A DNA stretch of 64,000 bases, taken from assembly GCF_009914755.1 (NCBI RefSeq), contig NC_060939.1. One strand, written 5' to 3'. Each line of letters starts with the position of its first letter. Position 1 is the first letter of the stretch. Shown piece after piece: positions 56,401 through 64,000 of the stretch. The position numbers were made by a program, and so were the translations under genes. The stretch comes from the human T2T-CHM13v2.0 reference genome, Homo sapiens. The notes under the pieces were generated by a model, which was not told the DNA's origin, did no database searches, and saw nothing but the letters and a program-made list of their open reading frames with translations.

Positions 56401-59400
56401 TTCGTTCCATTTCATTGCATTCCATTCTATTCAACTCTATTGCCTTCCATTCCATTCCATTCGATTACATTCCATGCGATTCCATTCGAAATCGAATCAA
56501 TTACATTGCAATCCATTACTATTGAGTCCATTTTATTCCAGTCCACTGCATTCTGGTCCATTCCATTTGATTCCATTCCATTCTATTCCATTCCATACAG
56601 TTGCATTCCATTGGATTCCATTCTATATCTATAAATTCAATTGGAGACCATTGCTTTTGAGTCCATTCTATATGATTCCATTCCATTCAAGTCCATTACA
56701 TTTGTTTCAATTCCATTCCATTCCATTCCCTTCCATTCCATTCCAGTTGATATCAATCCATTCGATTCCATTCCATTCGAGCACATTCCATTCGAGTCCA
56801 TTCCATTCGATGCCATTCCATTTGATTCTATTCCATTAGTCTCCATTCAATTCCATTAATCTCCATTCCATTCCATTCTACTCCAACTGATTCCATTCCA
56901 TTCTATTCCTTTCCATTCCATTTCATTCCATTCCATTCCATTTCATTCCATTCCATTCCATTCGCTTCCATTCCATTCGTGTCCATTCCACTCCAGTCCA
57001 TTCCATTCGTGTCCATTCCATTCCAGTCCATTCCATTTGTGTCCACTGCATTCCATTCCACTCCATTCCATATTATTCCATTACAATCCATTCCGTTCTA
57101 TTACTTTCATTTCCATTCAATTCCATTCCATTTGATTCCATTCCACTCGGTTTCATTCCATTTGAGTCCACTCCATTCCATTCCATTCCATTCCATTCAG
57201 TTCCATTCCATTCTGTTCCATTCCATTCCGTTCCATTGCATTCCATTCCATTCGGTACCATTCCATATTGTTCCATTCGATTCCATTCGAATCCATTCCA
57301 TTCCAGTCCATTCCATTCGATTCCATTCCATTCCTTTCAATTCCATTCCATTCCATTACATTCCACTTGATTCCTCTCCATTCCCTTCCACTGCATTCCG
57401 TTCGATTCCATTCCATTGCATTGCATTCCATTCCATTGGATTGCATTCCATTCGATTCCATTCCATTCGAATCAATTACATAGCAATCCATTACATTCGA
57501 GTCTATTCTATTCCGTTCCATTCGATTTCGTTCCAATCCATTCGATTCCATTCCATTCGATTCCATTCCATACTATTGCATTCCATTCGATTACATTATA
57601 TTCGAATAAGTTCCATTCAAGACCATTTCTTTTGAGTCCATTCTATTTGAGTCCATTCCCTTTGATTCCATAACATTTGAGTCCATTCAATTCCATTCCT
57701 TTCGTTTCCATTCCATTTGATGCCATTCCATTCAATTCTGTTCTACTCGACTCCAATACATTCAATTCCATTCCATCCGATTCCATTACATTCTTTTCAT
57801 TTCTTATCCATTTCAAGCCATTCCACTCCATTCCATTCCACTCGTTTCCTTTCCATTCGAGTCCATTCCTCTCCAGTCCATTCCGTTCAATCCATTCCAT
57901 TCCAGTCCATTCCATTCGAGTCCGTTCCATTCCAGTCCATTCCATTCGAGTCAATTCCATCCCATTCGATGTCTTTCCATAACGATCCATTCCATTCTAT
58001 TCCTTTCGATTCCATTCCATTCTATTTCATTCCATTCGATTCCCTTCCATTGGACTCCTTTCCATTCGAGTGCATTCCATTCCGTTCCATTTCTTTCCGT
58101 TCTGTACGATTCCTACCGTTCGATTTCATTTTGTTCCAGTCCATTCCTTTCGCGTCCATTCCATTCCATTTCACTCCATTCGATTCCATTTCACTCGATT
58201 CCACTTCGTTCCATTTCATTGCATTCCATTCTATTCAACTCTATTGCCTTCCATTCCATTCCATTCGATTACATTCCATGCGATTCCATTCGAAATCGAA
58301 TCAATTACATTGCAATCCATTACTATTGAGTCCATTTTATTCCAGTCCACTGCATTCTGGTCCATTCCATTTGATTCCATTCCATTCTATTCCATTCCAT
58401 ACAGTTGCATTCCATTGGATTCCATTCTATATCTATAAATTCAATTGGAGACCATTGCTTTTGAGTCCATTCTATATGATTCCATTCCATTCAAGTCCAT
58501 TACATTTGGTTCAATTCCATTCCATTCCATTCCCTTCCATTCCATTCCAGTTGATATCAATCCATTCGATTCCATTCCATTCGAGCACATTCCATTCGAG
58601 TCCATTCCATTCGATGCCATTCCATTTGATTCTATTCCATTAGTCTCCATTCAATTCCATTAATCTCCATTCCATTCCATTCTACTCCAACTGATTCCAT
58701 TCCATTCTATTCCTTTCCATTCCATTTCATTCCATTCCATTCCATTTCATTCCATTCCATTCCATTCGCTTCCATTCCATTCGTGTCCATTCCACTCCAG
58801 TCCATTCCATTCGTGTCCATTCCATTCCAGTCCATTCCATTTGTGTCCACTGCATTCCATTCCACTCCATTCCATATTATTCCATTACACTCCATTCCGT
58901 TCTATTACTTTCATTTCCATTCAATTCCATTCCATTTGATTCCATTCCACTCGGTTTCATTCCATTTGAGTCCACTCCATTCCATTCCATTCCATTCCAT
59001 TCAGTTCCATTCCATTCTGTTCCATTCCATTCCGTTCCATTGCATTCCATTCCATTCGGTACCATTCCATATTGTTCCATTCGATTCCATTCGAATCCAT
59101 TCCATTCCAGTCCATTCCATTCGATTCCATTCCATTCCTTTCAATTCCATTCCATTCCATTCCATTCCACTTGATTCCACTCCATTCCCTTCCACTGCAT
59201 TCCATTCGATTCCATTCCATTGCTTTGCATTCCATTCCATTGGATTGCATTCCATTCGATTCCATTCCATTCGAATCAATTACATAGCAATCCATTACAT
59301 TCGAGTCTATTCTATTCCGTTCCATTCGATTTCGTTCCAATCCATTCGATTCCATTCCATTCGATTCCATTCCATACTATTGCATTCCATTCGATTACAT

Positions 59401-59480
59401 TATATTCGAATAAGTTCCATTCAAGACCATTTCTTTTGAGTCCATTCTATTTGAGTCCATTCCCTTTGATTCCATAACAT
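41441..59480 (+). repeat. Right-domain homogeneous block: ten consecutive units of exactly 1804 bp (U24-U33)
   Basis: Landmark spacing is 1804 ten times in a row. Shared diagnostic variants: gattccatttcactcg, gagtccattttatt, caattggagacc, cattcgcttcc, ccattccgttctatt, and ttgctttgcatt (the last absent in U32). U22, U23 and U35 belong to the same subtype. Confidence 0.93.
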
Positions 59481-62400
59481 TTGAGTCCATTCAATTCCAT
59501 TCCTTTCGTTTCCATTCCATTTGATGCCATTCCATTCAATTCTGTTCTACTCGACTCCAATACATTCAATTCCATTCCATCCGATTCCATTACATTCTTT
59601 TCATTTCTTATCCATTTCAAGCCATTCCACTCCATTCCATTCCACTCGTTTCCTTTCCATTCGAGTCCATTCCTCTCCAGTCCATTCCGTTCAATCCATT
59701 CCATTCCAGTCCATTCCATTCGAGTCCGTTCCATTCCAGTCCATTCCATTCGAGTCAATTCCATCCCATTCGATGTCTTTCCATAAAGATCCATTCCATT
59801 CTATTCCTTTCGATTCCATTCCATTCTATTTCATTCCATTCGATTCCCTTCCATTGGACTCCTTTCCATTCGAGTGCATTCCATTCCGTTCCATTTCTTT
59901 CCGTTCTGTACGATTCCTACCGTTCGATTTCATTTTGTTCCAGTCCATTCCTTTCGCGTCCATTCCATTCCATTTCACTCCATTCGATTCCATTTCACTC
60001 GATTCCACTTCGTTCCATTTCATTGCATTCCATTCTATTCAACTCTATTGCCTTCCATTCCATTCCATTCGATTACATTCCATGCGATTCCATTCGAAAT
60101 CGAATCAATTACATTGCAATCCATTACTATTGAGTCCATTTTATTCCAGTCCACTGCATTCTGGTCCATTCCATTTGATTCCATTCCATTCTATTCCATT
60201 CCATACAGTTGCATTCCATTGGATTCCATTCTATATCTATAAATTCAATTCGAGACCATTGCTTTTGAGTCCATTCTATATGATTCCATTCCATTCAAGT
60301 CCATTACATTTGGTTCAATTCCATTCCATTCCAGTTGATATCAATCCATTCGATTCCATTCCATTCGAGCACATTCCATTCGAGTCCATTCCATTCGATG
60401 CCATTCCATTTGATTCTATTCCATTAGTCTCCATTCAATTCCATTAATCTCCATTCCATTCCATTCTACTCCAGATGATTCCATTCCATTCTATTCCTTT
60501 CCATTCCATTTCATTCCATTCCATTACATTTCATTCCATTCCATTCCATTCGTGTCCATTCCACTCCAGTCCATTCCATTCGTGTCCATTCCATTCCAGT
60601 CCATTCCATTTGTGTCCCCTGCATTCCATTCCACTCCATTCCATATTATTCCATTACACTCCATTCAATTCTATTACTTTCATTTCCATTCAATTCCATT
60701 CCATTTGATTCCATTCCACTCGGTTTCATTCCATTTGAGTCCACTCCATTCCATTCCATTCCATTCCATTCCATTCAGTTCCATTCCATTCTATTCCATT
60801 CCATTCCGTTCCATTACATTCCATTCCATTCGGTACCATTCCATATTGTTCCATTCGATTCCATTCGAATCCATTCCATTCCAGTCCATTCCATTCGATT
60901 CCATTCCATTCATTTCAATTCCATTCCATTCCATTACATTACATTCCACTTGATTCCTCTCCATTCCCTTCCACTGCATTCCGTTCGATTCCATTCCATT
61001 GCATTGCTTTCCATTCCATTGGATTGCATTCCATTCGATTCCATTCCATTCGAATCAATTACATAGCAATCCATTACATTCGAGTCTATTCTATTCCGTT
61101 CCATTCGATTTCGTTCCAATCCATTCGATTCCATTCCATTCGATTCCATTCCATACTATTGCATTCCATTCGATTACATTATATTCGAATAAGTTCCATT
61201 CAAGACCATTTCTTTTGAGTCCATTCTATTTGAGTCCATTCCCTTTGATTCCATAACATTTGAGTCCATTCAATTCCATTCCTTTCGTTTCCATTCCATT
61301 TGATGCCATTCCATTCAATTCTGTTCTACTCGACTCCAATACATTCAATTCCATTCCATCCGATTCCATTACATTCTTTTCATTTCTTATCCATTTCAAG
61401 CCATTCCACTCCATTCCATTCCACTCGTTTCCTTTCCATTCGAGTCCATTCCTCTCCAGTCCATTCCGTTCAATCCATTCCATTCCAGTCCATTCCATTC
61501 GAGTCCGTTCCATTCCAGTCCATTCCATTCGAGTCAATTCCATCCCATTCGATGTCTTTCCATAACGATCCATTCCATTCTATTCCTTTCGATTCCATTC
61601 CATTCTATTTCATTCCATTCGATTCCCTTCCATTGGACTCCTTTCCATTCGAGTGCATTCCATTCCGTTCCATTTCTTTCCGTTCTGTACGATTCCTACC
61701 GTTCGATTTCATTTTGTTCCAGTCCATTCCTTTCGCGTCCATTCCATTCCATTTCACTCCATTCGATTCCATTTCACTCGATTCCACTTCGTTCCATTTC
61801 ATTGCATTCCATTCTATTCAACTCTATTGCCTTCCATTCCATTCCATTCGATTACATTCCATGCGATTCCATTCGAAATCGAATCAATTACATTGCAATC
61901 CATTACTATTGAGTCCATTTTATTCCAGTCCACTGCATTCTGGTCCATTCCATTTGATTCCATTCCATTCTATTCCATTCCATACAGTTGCATTCCATTG
62001 GATTCCATTCTATATCTATAAATTCAATTGGAGACCATTGCTTTTGAGTTCATTCTATATGATTCCATTCCATTCAAGTCCATTACATTTGGTTCAATTC
62101 CATTCCATTCCATTCCCTTCCATTCCATTCCAGTTGATATCAATCCATTCGATTCCATTCCATTCGAGCACATTCCATTCGAGTCCATTCCATTCGATGC
62201 CATTCCATTTGATTCTATTCCATTAGTCTCCATTCAATTCCATTAATCTCCATTCCATTCCATTCTACTCCAACTGATTCCATTCCATTCTATTCCTTTC
62301 CATTCCATTTCATTCCATTCCATTCCATTTCATTCCATTCCATTCCATTCGCTTCCATTCCATTCGTGTCCATTCCACTCCAGTCCATTCCATTCGTGTC

Positions 62401-64000
62401 CATTCCATTCCAGTCCATTCCATTTGTGTCCACTGCATTCCATTCCACTCCATTCCATATTATTCCATTACACTCCATTCCATTCTATTACTTTCATTTC
62501 CATTCAATTCCATTCCATTTGATTCCATTCCACTCGGTTTCATTCCATTTGAGTCCACTCCATTCCATTCCATTCCATTCCATTCAGTTCCATTCCATTC
62601 TGTTCCATTCCATTCCGTTCCATTGCATTCCATTCCATTCGGTACCATTCCATATTGTTCCATTCGATTCCATTCGAATCCATTCCATTCCAGTCCATTC
62701 CATTCGATTCCATTCCATTCCTTTCAATTCCATTCCATTCCATTCCATTCCACTTGATTCCACTCCATTCCCTTCCACTGCATTCCATTCGATTCCATTC
62801 CATTGCTTTGCATTCCATTCCATTGGATTGCATTCCATTCGATTCCATTCCATTCGAATCAATTACATAGCAATCCATTACATTCGAGTCTATTCTATTC
62901 CGTTCCATTCGATTTCGTTCCAATCCATTCGATTCCATTCCATTCGATTCCATTCCATACTATTGCATTCCATTCGATTACATTATATTCGAATAAGTTC
63001 CATTCAAGACCATTTCTTTTGAGTCCATTCTATTTGAGTCCATTCCCTTTGATTCCATAACATTTGAGTCCATTCAATTCCATTCCTTTCGTTTGCATTC
63101 CATTTGATGCCATTCCATTCAATTCTGTTCTACTCGACTCCAATACATTCAATTCCATTCCATCCGATTCCATTACATTCTTTTCATTTCTTATCCATTT
63201 CAAGCCATTCCACTCCATTCCATTCCACTCGTTTCCTTTCCATTCGAGTCCATTCCTCTCCAGTCCATTCCGTTCAATCCATTCCATTCCAGTCCATTCC
63301 ATTCGAGTCCGTTCCATTCCAGTCCATTCCATTCGAGTCAACTCCATTCCATTCGATGTCTTTCCATAACGATCCATTCCATTCTATTCCTTTCGATTCC
63401 ATTCCATTCTATTTCATTCCATTCGATTCCCTTCCATTGGACTCCTTTCCATTCGAGTGCATTCCATTCCTTTCCATTTCTTCCCGTTCTGTACGATTCC
63501 TACCGTTCGATTTCATTTTGTTCCAGTCCATTCCTTTCGCGTCCATTCCATTCCATTTCACTCCATTCGATTCCATTCCACTCGATTCCACTTCGTTCCA
63601 TTTCATTGCATTCCATTCTATTCAACTCTATTGCCTTCCATTCCATTCCATTCGATTACATTCCATGCGATTCCATTCGAAATCGAATCAATTACATTGC
63701 AATCCATTACTATTGAGTCCGTTTTATTCCAGTCCACTGCATTCTGGTCCATTCCATTTGATTCCATTCCATTCTATTCCATTCCATACATTTGCATTCC
63801 ATTGGATTCCATGCTATATCTATAAATTCAATTCGAGACCATTGCTTTTGATTCCATTCTATATGATTCCATTCCATTCAAGTCCATTACATTTGGTTCA
63901 ATTCCATTCCATTCCATTCCCTTCCATTCCATTCCAGTTGATATCAATCCATTCGATTCCATTCCATTCGAGCACATTCCATTCGAGTCCATTCCATTCG

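Larger units (their letters stand above)
166..63063 (+). repeat. 35 complete tandem ~1.8 kb higher-order units (U1-U35), flanked by partial units
   Basis: Landmark starts: 166, 1955, 3714, 5503, 7325, 9119, 10908, 12732, 14521, 16340, 18154, 19973, 21772, 23531, 25350, 27149, 28913, 30667, 32466, 34225, 36044, 37843, 39652, 41441, 43245, 45049, 46853, 48657, 50461, 52265, 54069, 55873, 57677, 59481, 61260, 63064. Lengths: 1789, 1759, 1789, 1822, 1794, 1789, 1824, 1789, 1819, 1814, 1819, 1799, 1759, 1819, 1799, 1764, 1754, 1799, 1759, 1819, 1799, 1809, 1789, 1804 x10, 1779, 1804. Confidence 0.97.
1..64000 (+). repeat. Human Satellite 3 (HSat3 / classical satellite III) array, diverged (CATTC)n, C/T-rich strand on +
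   Basis: Seen: continuous CATTC/CCATT pentamers with variants (CGATT, CAGTC, GAGTC, TTCGA) from base 1 to 64000, with no unique-sequence interruption and no strand switch. Established: (CATTC)n with long perfect pentamer runs defines HSat3. Confidence 0.98.

Noticed and set aside
41441-59480. Assembly artefact explaining ten equal-length units
   Set aside because: Units carry private and pair-shared SNPs in an ordered pattern, which is more consistent with real duplications; read-level confirmation is still needed.
1-64000. CRISPR-like or coded repeat-spacer array
   Set aside because: No unique spacers; all intervening sequence is degenerate pentamer repeated near-identically every 1.8 kb, and no cas or other genes are present.
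1-64000. HSat2 or Y-chromosome DYZ1 identity
   Set aside because: Long perfect CATTC runs and near absence of GATGAT-type motifs argue against HSat2. The period is 1.8 kb, not the ~3.5 kb of DYZ1, and there is no alternating dimer pattern of units.
1-64000. Inversion, Alu/L1 insertion or other embedded unique sequence
   Set aside because: No GGAAT-oriented tract, poly-A tail or non-satellite segment was seen, and landmark spacing never exceeds 1824 bp, leaving no room for an insertion.

Overview
The whole 64 kb window is one uninterrupted, single-orientation array of classical (CATTC)n/(GGAAT)n satellite, i.e. human Satellite 3 (HSat3). It is built from about 35.5 tandem copies of a ~1.8 kb higher-order unit (1754-1824 bp), each carrying one KpnI site (GGTACC) and one EcoRV site (GATATC). 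A 1.8 kb KpnI HSat3 unit matches my recollection of the D15Z1/HSat3A5 array on chromosome 15p; that placement is an inference and needs an alignment. I see no genes, RNA genes, transposon insertions or inversions, and every ORF in the track is a translation artefact of the pentamer. The real information is a nested repeat hierarchy and its recombination history: 5-bp pentamer, 20/25/30-bp local duplications, an old ~0.83+0.96 kb dimer inside the unit, the 1.8 kb unit, two different ~5.4 kb three-unit super-repeats, and a homogeneous run of ten 1804-bp units that hides a ~9-10.8 kb duplication, plus several chimeric units. I found no support for a novel gene-encoded system. Units are numbered U1-U36 from the landmark 'ttgagtccattcaattccattcctttcg', with starts taken from the ORF track.
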